64,000 nt of DNA. It comes from Balanoglossus misakiensis (Eukaryota; Animalia; Hemichordata). Under the pieces are notes generated by a model, which had not been told where the DNA came from, did not search any database, and saw only the letters and a program-made list of their open reading frames with translations. Positions 1 to 13,910 of the stretch are shown here, one piece after another. The number at the start of each line of letters is the position of its first letter. Positions within the stretch are counted from its first letter, which is position 1. A program made the position numbers and the translations under genes. The DNA lies in assembly GCA_040954595.2 (NCBI GenBank), contig CM082594.2:6333962-6397961 (forward strand), read 5' to 3'.

Positions 1-2753
1 TACAAAAGGCCACGTCGTGTACTTTGTAGCGCAGAGAATCAAAGTAAAGATGTCTCTTTTCTCGCTAACTACCTACTTTGGTTGTGACGTGAAATGCAGC
101 ATTAGGTTTGACAGTTTCAGCTGTGGGGGATTACGGTAAAGTGCAGGGGGACAGTGCTTTTTTCGCAGAGTTGCTTTTGATCGCCGCACCGAGGTGCATC
201 TCAAGCGTGACATCTCCCTCCAAATAAGCAAATTGTCTGAGGACTCCATCAGTGTCGGCGCGACGGTCTTAAGCGTCAGACACTCCACTAACCGTGTCAA
301 TTCCCGCACTAAAGTGTCTACGAGCGAATAGACCATCGCAGCTTAACAATCATATCTATTTCTTTCCACCTGGCCGGAGACAGCTTTAGACGAAAGCTTT
401 TTCTTAATACCTTCAGATTAAAGTTGAAAGGTACTCAGTGACACAGATGGCCGACGAAAATAGAGCAGCTAATCCGTGTACTCAGAAAGTGTATATATAC
501 CTGATACACTACCTCAAGCTGGTGTCAAATACATATGGTTGGTGTGTTTAAAGTGACATCTATCAAGCACTTTGCTGTACAATTAATGCCTGACGAAAAC
601 TGAGGCATTGTTGCCAAATGTACATACGAAGGGGAATTAATTTCAATGAGGGAAATAATACTCTGATTTGACTATGTGTAAAAACGCAGACTTTCCCGAT
701 AAGCTTTAGGAGAGAGGATTATTTGCATAATCTGTCACTTAATTATTTTGAAACAGGCATAAATCTGAAGGTGTTTCCACGAACAGTGTCATGCATCCAA
801 TGCGTTGTAAACTATATATGGTGGGGACAACTCGTTTGTTACAATTGTCACGTCAGTAATTTCACTGGACTAGAAGAAGGATTATGACTATGTGATCCGA
901 TACGTAGTGGGAAAGATTGATGTTCTGATTTATGAATCGTATGTTTGTTATGAATGAGTTTAACAAATGCCCTTTCCAGACACAGATGTTGGAAGATCAT
1001 TACATTACACTGTGGTTTCAGACTAGTCAGAATACATACATTTTGTTATGTTTAAGATTTGTGCTTGCTGAATGCTTGCGCCGAAAATGTAACATAACGC
1101 CCACCGTACAGTAACAAAACTGTGATCATTAAAGTCCTTAATTAGGCATGCGAGTTAGGTTCGTCCTAGCCCATCCTTTCAGGTGTACTGTTGGGGATAT
1201 AATTGACTTGCACGCAATCAGCGCATCATTGCAATTATTGTCGCATGATGTTGACGTTTGTCCTAGATAAGTTTTATGTAGTATGTTCTTTTGAGTCTGA
1301 AGGACAGGTGGTAGAATACAGCTTCGAAGAATGTACCTGAAAATCGTGTGACATTCGGTAGATCTTTCAAAAGAGGTATGCGCTGTCAAAATCTGTAAGG
1401 CACGGAACCTCTGAGAAAATGTCTACTTTTGGCAGCATTTCTTTCTTCTTGTACATGCAGACTGGCTGTTTTGTTTCAATGTAATCATTTTGAATCAGTA
1501 AAGCACGATGCTCAATCACGGAGAAAGACAGCGCACGTACTCCACAAAGAACTCTGAAACAAATCACTGTGGCTGATTTGCAAATTCACACGCCCCGAAC
1601 TTAGTACTCATTCTGATAAGTAAGTACTTGTTACAAGGAATACATGTTTTCGGCTTTCACAAATCAACGCCTAAAACCCTGCGGGAATTTCTCTAACTGA
1701 TAAGCTTAAACAGGAATGTTGGAAGTCGCGAACGTATTTTCCCTTGTTTAAACAAGATCTAATTCAAGGAATGACCGAAATGTTCGTGTGAACTGGTTAA
1801 TGGGGGTCTCAAATGATATTGGTCTATGGCACTGTTGACGTATAACAACACGAGGTCTGCGCGGATATTATTTTTCAAACATTGGTATGAAGTATAAAAT
1901 TTCAAAACCATGCAATTCGCATGTTTCTGTCATTGTGAGTACGCTGTTGGACACTTTCTACGGAACATTGCGAGCATACATCGGATGGTGAGAAAGAAAC
2001 AAGTCGACGAAATAAGATGGTCTTTGGAACCGAATTATACGTTAAACAAGACACAAGCGATATTCAATTAAGTTCAATTCAATTCAAATACTTCATTGCC
2101 AACAAGTGTTGAAAGATAACTTCAGGCTCATTAAAACAGTTAAAAAATACAGTATAGTGATAAAATTGCATATGATATGATATGTCAAGTTAGATGGTAG
2201 AGTAGGACATGGTATAAAGGCTAACCAAGAAAAATTGAATTATGATCAGTGAAAATAAATAGTTTACTCATGGCAGTTAGGTCAACCAAATATTAAGGGA
2301 ATACATGTTCTGATGTATTTGGGGATTAATCTACCACACCACATGGGCAAGAGTCATTTAAACACAAACAAACATCGATTCTGAACTGTTTACAGTTGCA
2401 GGCGATGACAGGCGACAGACATCGACTGCGGCGATTGCTGTTACTGTTAGATGTTTTCCAGACTGTGTGTTGGCCACGCGTGTATCGGTGTTTTAAGAGA
2501 ATACGTGCGTCTGTGTTCTTCGTTATATTTTAGCGCATTTTCGTCTTTGAAATTCACATATTGTAATATGTATAATACGAGTTATTACCTAATATTTCTT
2601 TGATGAACTGAGTTCTCTATACATTTTTATTTCGGGTATTTGTTGGATGCAGGCTTCAACCATAAATTGTCACTGAGGATTAAGATCTTCATTGTATTGT
2701 ATTATAGGCGTTCTGACGCCTTTCTCTGTTTTTTAAGCGTGATTCTTACTTAC

Positions 2754-3435
2754 TGCGACAGGTCTCCTTGGCCTCTTCCAACGCCTGATAGTCGGTTTTG
2801 GCGTCATCCACCCGGTCGCTGTCTTCAGTGGTGTAAAAAACCTGGAACTCCGGGACTTCGATGTCGTTGTCGAGGAAATTCTTCCGCAGGGCGTCCGCCA
2901 GGAGCTCCCACAAGTGTTCGGAGGAGGATATGATGGCCACGCGACGCCAGCCGAAGTGGCGGAATATCTGAAGAGTGAAGCCGGCGGTTCTGGTCAGCGG
3001 TCCGACCGTGCGGGCGAAAGTCGGGTAAATGGACTTGCTGGACAGGGCGCTGCTGGCACAGCCCCAGGACACCATCGGGGTGGCCCACTGCGCGGCCAAA
3101 TGTCCGCCGGGCTCGCATAGAATGCTGCATCCGGGTCCTATGAAGGCATCGATGGAATTTCGGTCGTATTGGAGGGTCCATAAATCAACGAGCTGCGACA
3201 GGCCGATTCCGACGTTGCATTTGTCGTCCCGCCAGCTCAGAGTCAAATTGTGGCCGCCTTGGTGGAGGCCCGAAAACTGCGGGTCCTGGTTGACGTGGTC
3301 CAAAGCCACCAGCGCGGCACCGGCTGCGTGTTTGCCAACTGGCCAGAAACCGTCCCACGGCAACAACAGCCCGAGGTGAAATTCTCGCGCCACTGTAAGC
3401 TGGCAACAAAAACACATTAAGAAGAGAATCCACAT
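2754..3435 (-). CDS. First coding exon of a natriuretic peptide receptor-like / receptor guanylyl cyclase (signal peptide plus N-terminal ANF-receptor ligand-binding domain); gene continues beyond the left edge
   Basis: GC-rich ORF with hydrophobic leader MWILFLMCFCCQLTVA and family motifs FIGPGCS, LAAQWATPMVSWG, YPTFART, FGWRRVAII. Ends at a phase-1 donor CGCA|GTAAGT (GT at 2753-2752). Cyclase versus clearance-receptor type cannot be decided from this exon. Confidence 0.88.
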
Positions 3436-6400
3436 GGTTGCCTACACATACACATGGCTTACGCGTAATATCATGCCTGTGCACTGTCGGCTTGTGCTTA
3501 TATGTGATATCAGCGAGTGCCGACTGAGTCTGCGCAGTAGTAGACAGGGGTCATGCGATCGAGAGTAGTGCATGTTCGCATGCTCTGAAGTCAGAGTGAT
3601 TTCTGATGTCACTGAAAATAGCCAGCCTTGCGATCAAACTGGAGGACCCCGAATCATGTGAATGAAGGAGGAAGGTCGTTTTGACGTCTCATCTGTTAAC
3701 CGCCCCTCTCCTCTACAACAGCGAAAAATGACACGACGAGATACAGACTGAAGATCCACAAGAACGACGAATCTTTCCTCTGCTTTCAGAAGACACGCCA
3801 CTCTACACTGCAACACGAAGAGCTTATACCAAGAGCCAGTGTCGCCAACGTACACAACCGACGCAAAGACCGCACCATTTCGTTCCGGGAAGGGCATCGT
3901 TGGTCTGTGATATTCCTTCGCAGGGGACGACGTAAATTTCAATCCAACAGTTCTTAACAGTTCTTCCATATTTGGAATTTTTATCACGCAATTGCAGACG
4001 AGAAAAATCTGCATTATTTTAACGCTTCAGCTTTTAAAATGGACAAATATATTAATTTTGATATTACTAGCGGACATTGACATACTGCGATATACAAGAA
4101 GGATGCTCTCATTTCCATGGTCTCTTCCAGAAATCCAAGCTGCTATTTGGGAGCCCCCCTATCATCTATACTATATTTTAAAGTAATTTGCATATTATCA
4201 TGCAAAACATGTAAACAGGCAACAGGAGTATAGGGACTGTCTTGCGAGTGAAATCCAAGATGTCTGTGCGAAAGGAGGACTCAGAGTAAGGAAAACAAAC
4301 ATGCACAAGTCTCATTTACTGCCTCACCATGGGTAATAGTGTCATATAGTGTTGAACATAAAACATTTTACCCTAGAAGGAAAACAGAACGCATTTTCAG
4401 TTACATGGCAGATTACTGTTAACGACAAGGCAAGGGCGTGACACGTTTTATAAAATTAGACTTTGGTTCATTTAAAACCGGGACGTAAAACAGGCTCATA
4501 AAACACCCAAGAAAAGGCGTGTTAATGACTCACTTTTCTGAAATTGCAGTGCAGTAGACGGCTTTTGGAAGTCTGAATAGTGATGGAACGTAACAGTGAA
4601 ATTGATTCTCGCATTCTGCGGTCGTGTAGAGTCGTTGGACGGAAGGGCATTTCAGTTCGACATAAATTAAGAAATGTTTAGTGTTTCACGCCTCTCGCCA
4701 ATTGATTAATCTGACCTGTCCCCCATTTGCCTCGGCTGACATAACCAATTATCTTCAAATATTCAAAAACTTTGCCCCGGCTTTCTCGGTTTTGGAGCAT
4801 CTGTTTAGAGTTTTCATTCTCCGCTCCCCGGCGGTTTGGTCTGTTGGGTACGGTCGCTGTGGTGTTGAGTGCTGAGGCTTGTTGTTCAGGAAGATAAATC
4901 GCGTTGACCTTTTTCACTCACAGAAACCACAGCTTCGTATTTTATTAGACGATCCGGCGCATGCCAACTGGGACCATACAGTTCTGAGCATATGGGTTTT
5001 ATGTCTGCATGCGATGCAAGCATCGTAGACTTTTTATTTTCATTCAATGCAGCGTTCTTCGGCATTGCTGCAATTCTACGAGGCTTACAGGTCGATATCC
5101 TTTAAAGCCTGGGTTCCTCTAACTTGCAAGGGAAAAACCATCAGCGATCGTGATCTTGGAAGGCCCTTTTATAGCTCAATTTAGGTAATCATTCATTCAA
5201 GACGAGCATATCATTGAATCTCCGCGTCCTCCTTGCGCGTTCGAATTTCATTGCTTTATATATATATATATATAAATCTGGCATGATTTAACGCCAGTTA
5301 TTAGAGTGCCGGGGTTATTAACCTAAAAACTACCGTACGTGACCCGTGTGACGCAGGTTGCTCGTGAAAGTGTCGGCCAGTGAACTGCATCTTTATTTTA
5401 GAGCTGAACAAGGCAACTGAAACGTTGGAGGGCGTGTTTCCTGAATGACTGGATAAGTCGACGCAGCATTATAGATGCATGTTAAAGACATGTTTTCAAA
5501 CACTAATGTTGGTAATAAAATTTGTACTAAGCGACTAACCCAATATAATTGTGATAGCTCGACACAGAATGACCAGTAGAAGTTATGACCAACGTTGTAT
5601 CAAAATCATATTAGTGTCAACTGCAGTTGCAGATGTGAAATGTCCTTTCAGTGATATTAGTATTTGATGGATATTAAGTGAATTGTACTATCGAGTAATT
5701 TTTAGATATCAGTTCATGGTCAACACAATGAACTTGATTATCCATGTACAGGTAATTGCCAACATGGCCTTAATACTGAAAATGATTTAAATATTAATAT
5801 CGCTTGTTTTCATTTCCTTTACTACATCTGCCGGGTTAGCATAAGAAGGGAGTGCTTGCAGTTCGTGCTTATTAGTACTTGCCTTAGTTGGTTATTATCA
5901 AAGATAATACTTTGACTTATTTATAGTAATACCCCGATTTGCCGTCACGTTCTAATGTTAAGACCATTCATAGTCAGAAAACTGACCTCGGGTTGTCTTT
6001 AATCTTAACAATATTTCTTGAATCCCATTAACATTCAGCAGTTATGAGAGATAATATGTTGGTGATACGAACTGTAAAAAGAAACAATGTATTATTTGTT
6101 TTTTTTATTGCTTTAACTGCATTTTAAACTCGAGTTAGCCATTTAATCAACAGTCTTTAAGATTCATGCACTGGAAACCTTTTCGTATCCAAAGGTCACA
6201 GAGTCAAAATGGGCAAATCTGAATTGGCACGGAAGTATTTATCACGCTCGAAGAACCATCCCAATTAGCATCAGGTCATGTGACACTCCCATGCTTCGCA
6301 CGTGCAGGCACACGCGTAAACTGCATTTGAAGATCTCTAAAGGGCAGCATTACAACGAGGTTAGCCAATATTGCGAGCAAACAACCGTCTGCAAATCTAA

Positions 6401-9400
6401 TTCACCCAAGTCTGCTCGACGTGGCTCCCCGACCGCGGGAACCCCCCTGGAAGTCCTTCAGTTGATTATTACATAACGTGCGCTTTAATCAAAATCTTGT
6501 TTAGTTTCGTAATTGACAGGCCAATACTTGAAATAGATCTCATCATGCTATACTACAACCTTCAGTTAATTTCCCCTTCGCCCGAAGGTAAAGCTCGCTG
6601 AATACGTGCAATGTACTCCATTGAGTGCTAACGAAATAATACTTTCGTAAAAACAGCCGCTCAGGTGACCTAATAGTTTCTGTGAAGAAATTGAAGAGTA
6701 ACAAGCCCTTGGTTGAAACTAATTTGACTGTTTTTGTAGCATACAAATTAGGCTTGCACGCAACCGCATCTCGGACAGGTTGTACATTGCATTGAGGGGG
6801 GTCCTCTTTTCCTTAATTGTGTTTTCGCGTAAGCCTGATGATTAATTAATCTGCTGTTCCGATGACTGTCAACCACTAATGAGCGTACCAAAGCGACTGA
6901 CGTATTGGATGTCTTTCATGTGTGTTATTAATTTCATCGCAATTAATTGCACTTTAAATTCGTTGGTTTATTAATTAATGGGAATAGCGGTATAAAGAAT
7001 TCATGAATGTGTTATTTCATTAATCGAACATTCGGTAATGAATACTTTTTCCAACAATCATGAGGACTTCACTCACGCACATTCTCCACCAATGGACATG
7101 AGAAACTTTAATTACCGATATTATAAGTCATCTTGTTTCAGTTATTGGCAGATATTACGAAGTAGATTAAAATTAACTCTTTGAATATAATATTCCAATC
7201 AAATATTAAATTGATGTCAGAGACAATTTGGCAGACTAACGATAGATGATGTATTTCAGGCTGCACCTAAATGGTACTTCTGGACAGCATTTCTCAGTAT
7301 TCGCAAATGTTGGGCTCTTGTGAGTGAAACTGTCAAGTTCCAAATGCTGGACTTTCCCGGCGTGTAAGAGCTGTCAAGATATCTTTGTTTGCAAAAGCCT
7401 TTTCAATGACTCACTTCGACGGACGCGCCTGGGTTATCCTGCCTAAGCAATTGATTCAATCGAATAAATCCGTATCCATAGAAATTAGCTCATCCATTTC
7501 CTTGGGATTTGGGCTTTCTCTGAATTGCTTATTTACAAAGGCTGATTGATGTCTTGGTTACGTGCAAACGCTCTATTTCAGGCAATTAGGCTGATGACGC
7601 AACTGGACCGCGCTTCCTCCGAGGCCGCATTGTTTCCACGGTAACAGGTTGAATGACCTGGCGTTTAAAGCAGCCAAATCGAATCATGCCGACTGACATG
7701 ACAGTCGGTCAAATCGTGGGGCCTGAACCGCGGTTCCAGGTGGCTGCTCCGGGAGTATAATCTCCGATTGCTGTTTATCTTGATTTCTACCAGTCAGTCA
7801 TCGGGCTGCCTGTTCAGGCGTGAGCTGTCGTTTCGCGCTGGCTAATGACCTAGACCATCACGTGTTTCCTCCTATCAACACATGCATGCACTTTTAATAC
7901 TTTCTGAAAACATGGGTGCAAGGAGCTGTCTGTCTCACATTGCAAAGAACACCAATGGTATTTTGTGTTTGGTGTATGTAAAAAATGCAATTTACGCGAT
8001 AATCATTGTGAAATTAAAATAAAACCTCATATCAAGTGGGATATACAGAATGGGTTACATCACAATGATGTCACAGTCTTATTTGCTTTATGGATTAATT
8101 GAATTGGCTCATAAACATTTCGACTGGTTTCAAGACAGCGTGTGGCATGAATAAAATCTTGAAAAAAAATATTTTCCGACCTATGTATCCAGTGTTTGAC
8201 AGCATGTTATCGGAACCACAGAGATTTGCACACTCGCTAACTTTATTTGACAGTTGAAAATAGTTGTGGTTTTGAAAATCTGCGCTACAAGGCTTCTCTG
8301 TTTCATAACCAGATGCGTCATTGCTATAATCCGTCACATCTTCCTTCCCTTGGCTCGATCGCGGTGAAAACCAAAGAGCGGGACCACACATAATTAACCA
8401 CACACACTACTACGTGTCTTTGATTCTAAGACAGTTTTCTTCCCCCAAAAATGCATTAACAGATCCGTCCTTCGCATGAGAAGAAACACACCGGCTTTAA
8501 GTTACTTAACATTCGCCGTCAGAATAAATCCGATTAAAATTTGATTACGAATGGCGCAATATCATTATATATGCATGACAGCGTTTAAAGCTTTCCATGA
8601 TATCCTTTGATTTGGACAGCGTTCTTTATTAATTTTTCATCAAAGTACAAGCACTCACCCACTCACTCGCGCGCTCAGTGTTCTTACCAAGGATTATTTT
8701 GTTATTGAGCAGCATAGCTCCATTTGCATGTATTTGTGTCAAGGACCAGTTTCTTCAATGTGACAGTGAGATTTTTTGCCACCAGTTCACTTTATGGGAA
8801 ATGCAAACATATGAACCAGATTGTGCAGAATTTATTTGTTGTTAGAAAAGTCTGTTTCTTAAAACAAGCTTATGGAATTAAAGCTATTGCGTTCTTTGCA
8901 TTCAGATGGGCCTGTTTTCTGAAATGTCTCCTTCTGAACACAAGTTTCCGCCTGGTTTGCAATCTTCCAAGCGCATGTGTTTGGCCTGCACAAGTGTGCA
9001 TGGGTGCGGAAATCGCGGGAGGAAATCCCATCTCGCTGGTGTCAGATGTGCTAATTGTTTAAATAATATCTTGTAAAGTAACCTAAAACCCTTAAAACAT
9101 ATGCTATAATGAACACACAATTAAGCCATACACTTCACGGTCGCTGCATTCTTTCGATAATATTCAAATCAAGGAAAAATTAATTTCACAATACATATTG
9201 GCATCTTCGATAAAGCTTGCTGCAAAGTAATACATTTCTACGTATGTGAGATAAAACTGTAGTTTCTGTATCCGTAAGGTCAATCACAGAATCTGATCCT
9301 TTGTTGATTGGATGTTAGATTCCGGTCAAGGTGGGACTAGTTTTGTGTTCGCAATACTACACCCACTTGACGAAAACCTTATGTCAATTCGAAAGAAAAA

Positions 9401-11399
9401 CACTAACTGTGCTTGACTTAAAGAGGCGCTGGTAAATACCGTTTAATCATCCGCGCGTCAGGCCATTAGACTGCAAGTTCAACGCGCAATAGAGTGTCTG
9501 CGTGGCACAGCCAAAAATAGACAGACCGCATGCTATAGGCTGAAGCATTTAACAAGTCTTTGTTTTCTGCTGAGGTATCGTACGATCCTCAATTCAGTCT
9601 CCCATCAAATGCGTAATTCCATGTAAATCGTGTTACACCCAAGGAAAGCTTAAATATTTATGATTCGTTGGTTCGTTTGAAGCCGCCGATGTTGATATTG
9701 CAGCAAATTGCTACACACATTCACCCTTATCATTCAACTTGCGTCAGAAATAATCAGAAGTGTCGGCGCCACCAAAATCGAATTGATCAAGCTGTTTTCA
9801 CGGATTGGACATTCCGGTTGTTAATGCAATTTAACGGAAATACTTTCACTGGGAAATATACTCTGACAGGTGCACCGTCTGGAGGAATCTCTTTGCATGT
9901 TTGATGAAGTCATTACTTTTTTTTTCGACGAAAGTGCATGCACCACATGCAAAGTTTGTCGTTACCTATCATGCTTGCTACTATATATTCGTATTTCACA
10001 ACCGGACCAGAATTTGTGATAAAATTAATTTGTAACTGACAGCCCATCATAATCAGATTAATAGTCATCACTATATCAATTGCATTTCATTTGGAGTAGA
10101 ATGTATGCAATAATAGTGAATGTTATTGCAATAAGTATGTAATTAGGTCGAACATTCACCTGTGCGGCCAAACATGCACTGTATAGATTCTACTGCAATT
10201 AGTAGGCAACACTGGCGAAAAATTGTGAACCAAATAGAAATTCAATGACTTTTAGTCAAAATTGGAGACACTACAGCTGTAATAAACATTGGATGAAAAA
10301 CAATTGTGCATTTCTCCGTTTCAGAAACATCTCCATGAATTAACATGTTTGACGACGGACTGGAAAAAAATTGCCGTCCAGACAATTAATTTCTTTAATC
10401 TCATGTGGGAATTGCCTCTTTAAATAGAGCAGAGATGTCAGGGTCCTGGGTTGGCGGTGTGCATTTCAACAGCGTGGGGAAATAGCCAGATTTCACTGTT
10501 CTCTAATCACTTTTTGTTGGCCCTCGGGGCGTTGCAAAATTCAATAAAATTGCCATCCTATATCCCAGTTTTGTATTCGATTCGCTGGGATCGATTGATG
10601 CGCCGGATTTTGTCTCTAATTGTGTAACGTAATACCTGGATCGGTATGTATGCCGTGGAATGATGTTGTACACGCAGGCCTACGTGTTCTTGAAACGCTA
10701 CACCACAGTCCATTGCTTTCAGGGCTTATTGTAAAACGAGGATGCTGCCTTTGAAATAGACTTCTAGAAGATATTGTTGCTTCACAAGAGGATTTCTCAA
10801 TGGCCGTATACAAAGGCTATTTCTGGCAAGGAATTCGTAAGACGTATTCGTCTTATCGAGTTGAGGAGTTGAATACCAATCGCCGACTGATGAAGTTATG
10901 TCTTCATTCAGTTCTTCAGGCGAATGCGGTCGCCTGGGGGCGTTGACCTGGAACTCTGAAAGAAAAAAAGTTCACGGCGTCATCATGAAAACTAGAAAAG
11001 ACGTACTCTTCTTTTTTTCCTTTACTTGCATTAGGAATCTCTTTGACAGGTAATTACAGTGCTGCAACTAGCCATTCAGTCAAATTTGAACTATGAGACT
11101 TTGATCATAATGTCTGATGGCTTTTGCTATCTATTAAAATCCATATTGTCGTTCAGTTCAGAAGTAATGTAAGGTATCTGTCCAAATCAATTGGGCTCCG
11201 TATCATCAAAAATGCATTATCCATCAATAGAACAGGAGAAATCCATTATCATGGTTTTTCGAAATGGTCTGACATCATTACATTTGGAGAAGTATTAAAT
11301 ATGTTTGTTCTTATCCTTCACCGCTCAGTTTAATAAGGACCAAATGGCACAATAAATATTTCACATTACTTTTTTCACGTGGATTCGGAGATATGTACT

Positions 11400-11560
11400 C
11401 CTGTTGTGTCGCCTTGTTGGCAACGTAGGCAATGTATTTTTACACATGGATATGTTAATGTGAACATAGGTGTATTTCTGCAGGGGAAACTGGAAGAATG
11501 TTTGTGGACAATTTAGCACATCATTGTGGTGTGTTTCTTGTCGGTGTTTTGCAGATCCAG
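11400..11560 (+). mobile_element. Possible decayed Penelope-like GIY-YIG endonuclease fragment
   Basis: GGG GAA ACT GGA AGA (GETGR) at 11483-11497 resembles the YIGETGR motif; the surrounding frame is broken. Confidence 0.2.
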
Positions 11561-12253
11561 CAAGTTATTTATTCAGAGATGAAACATAATTTACAACAAG
11601 AAAGTTGTAAAGGGCAAATTACATTAAAAAATTTGAGGTAGACTTGATCATAGTGTCCAGCACATTTTGCTTGGTGCGAATTGTTCTGCATGGGTCGACG
11701 TCTAATTTACTTTTCTCTTATGAGCACTGAAATGGGAGATGCTAATGATATTCAGGCCTTTTATTCATCTCTGTCAAGATCACGCGTTCACACAATTGAC
11801 ACATTTGAACAAGAAACTGCAGTGGGCACACAGAACAAAACCAATATAATCAACAGTTACTGCTAATGGAACTTTAAATCGTCAAGTGTGAACAGACAAG
11901 ACTACTCGATGGCTTTGATACACAAAAATGCGACGCAAGTCTGACTGTTCGCTGTGTGAGGTCTTAACAAATCTGTGACGGGTTTTGATCTTCTTTTCCC
12001 AGACAAACGTCGTTGTATATGTATCTTTACATAGCTGTATCATGTGGTCATGGTAGAATATATATTTTTACATTCAAGATTGAATGTCACAACAACTGTC
12101 ATCCTGCATGCGAAACTGGCCATTTCTTTAAAAGGGCCTGCTGGCTCTATTACAAAAAATCCTCCCATTCAACGTATTCATGTCATAAATATTTCATTCA
12201 TAGCTGTAATTAAGTAAATAAGAAAGATAAATGAGTCTATTGGCCAACAGCTG

Positions 12254-12326
12254 GCCTCCTTAGCTCAGTGGTTAGAGCACTGGTCTTGTAAACCAGGGGT
12301 CGTGAGTTCGAATCTCACAGGGGGCT
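12254..12326 (+). tRNA. tRNA-Thr, anticodon UGU
   Basis: 73-nt cloverleaf: acceptor GCCTCCT/AGGGGGC, D arm GCTC/GAGC, anticodon arm CTGGT-CT TGT AA-ACCAG, T arm GTGAG-TTCGAAT-CTCAC, discriminator T; no intron. Confidence 0.97.
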
Positions 12327-12329
12327 ATA

Positions 12330-12335
12330 TTTTTT
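12330..12335 (+). terminator. RNA polymerase III terminator (T6) of tRNA-Thr
   Basis: TTTTTT run starting 4 nt after the discriminator base. Confidence 0.8.
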
Positions 12336-13865
12336 GCGCTCTTGTTTTTTTGTTCAATGCCAAATGATCAATTCTTTAAAAGACAATGTTTGTCTGCATT
12401 CCGAATTAAAAAAGTGAATTTTCTGTATAATATACAAGTGGAAAGCATTACCGGTATATGGAACACTGTTTTTATATGCAATATATTGGACGACACCAGG
12501 GCCGCATGATTAGTACAAGTCAGCAACACCTGGTGTAAGATATAACCAATCGCAAAGCGTGACACACAGCTTTCCTGTCAGCCAATTAATTAATTATTAA
12601 TGATTGGAACTAATACACCTGTATATGGAGTTTCCATTGTTTTGAAAGTGGTCAGCGCAATGTACAGCTTCACCAGGTGTTTTGATGCTTTTGTTAGCAC
12701 CACTTCATTCGAGTCAACACTTTCATGGTGTAAATATCGTGATGGACGCTGCGTGTGTATTACTCAAAATACGTTAAAATGAAGAACTTGGAGAGGTGAC
12801 CGAGTGTGACTGGCCATTCTGGGATTTTAGAGAACTTCCCGGGGAAAATTAGCAGGACTCCACGTCGAAAGAAACTAGTTTGCCGAAGTATTTTCCACCA
12901 ACCAGCAAGTGAGTGGACACAATCTTTTCTCGTTATTGACAAAATGTGGCATGGTGGCAATTTACTATTCCCAAGAACAACATGGCAACTCTGCATATTC
13001 ATGATGCAATGCAAAACACATTGACAACATCATTCATTAGAAGGGCCATTTTGTTCTGGGGAACATTTAATTGTTCGTCCTTTGCACAATAATTGCTCTT
13101 GTACAGGCCAATATCTCGATAATGCCCGCTGTTGGCAATATTTAGATAAATGCCCTGCATGCGGTTAAAAGTACATGAGTTGAATGTTCTCATTGAGAGA
13201 ATGCCCAGCGAAAACAAATGGACTGGATGAGTGAGGTGTTGTAAATCTTGATAAATATGACCAGGATATCCATTTTAAAATTTATACAGCGTGGGCTTAA
13301 CTCAAGGCCCCTCAAGCCGTCAAAACAGGATGCGTTTCACTTTACACAATCCAGCAAACCGCAGCCCGTCACTGCAGGGTCAAAGATCGCAAAAATAATA
13401 TTTGTGTATGAAATACGAGACAAGCACTTTTGTTGTAATGAAGAGGCGGAAATGCACACTATAGCCACACTCTAACTGAAAAGCTTGACTGAAGAGGGAT
13501 TGCCACATTTTTACGTTGAAATGTATTGCACCCAGAGGCTACAAAAACCATTCTAAAGAATAAATGAGTTCGAAGTTTTCTTAATCACCAAGCTATGTAT
13601 GGCTGATGGGCGCGTTTGTCATAAAATAATTGTTTATTCAGTGACTACATTACAGAAACTAGTACAGCCAATTAAGATCGATAGATTCATGGCCAATCCT
13701 CAGCTGAATAAATTATAGGATTCCTTGATTTTTTCTAAAATACCTTAATTTTCACATAATTCTAACTAAACCACCAATTATAAGTTTAATCAGATGGCAT
13801 GGTCATTTCGACAGAGAATTGTGTTTAGGAGAGACTGTGGTATAGGCTTGCTTTGTTTGTGTTCA

Positions 13866-13910
13866 GTTGGTTGGTTAGTTATTTGGTTGGTTGGTTGGTT
13901 GGTTGGTTTG
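13866..13910. repeat. Degenerate (GGTT)n microsatellite
   Basis: gttggttggttagttatttggttggttggttggttggttgg. Confidence 0.8.

Noticed and set aside
1-2750. Search for receptor exon 2
   Set aside because: No phase-1 acceptor with a plausible continuation found; the candidate near 1393 hits a stop after a few codons, so the intron probably extends past the window edge.
2640-3484. Several overlapping ORFs on both strands around the receptor exon
   Set aside because: Shadow ORFs of a GC-rich real exon; only the 3435 minus frame has family motifs.
9418-10423. TTAA|AGAGGC ... GCCTCT|TTAA, resembling a 1-kb Kolobok-type element
   Set aside because: Inverted match is only 6 bp beyond TTAA, compatible with chance.
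13289-13360. Degenerate A-box/B-box-like pattern on the minus strand (tRNA-derived SINE?)
   Set aside because: No cloverleaf, poor box matches and no second copy in the window.
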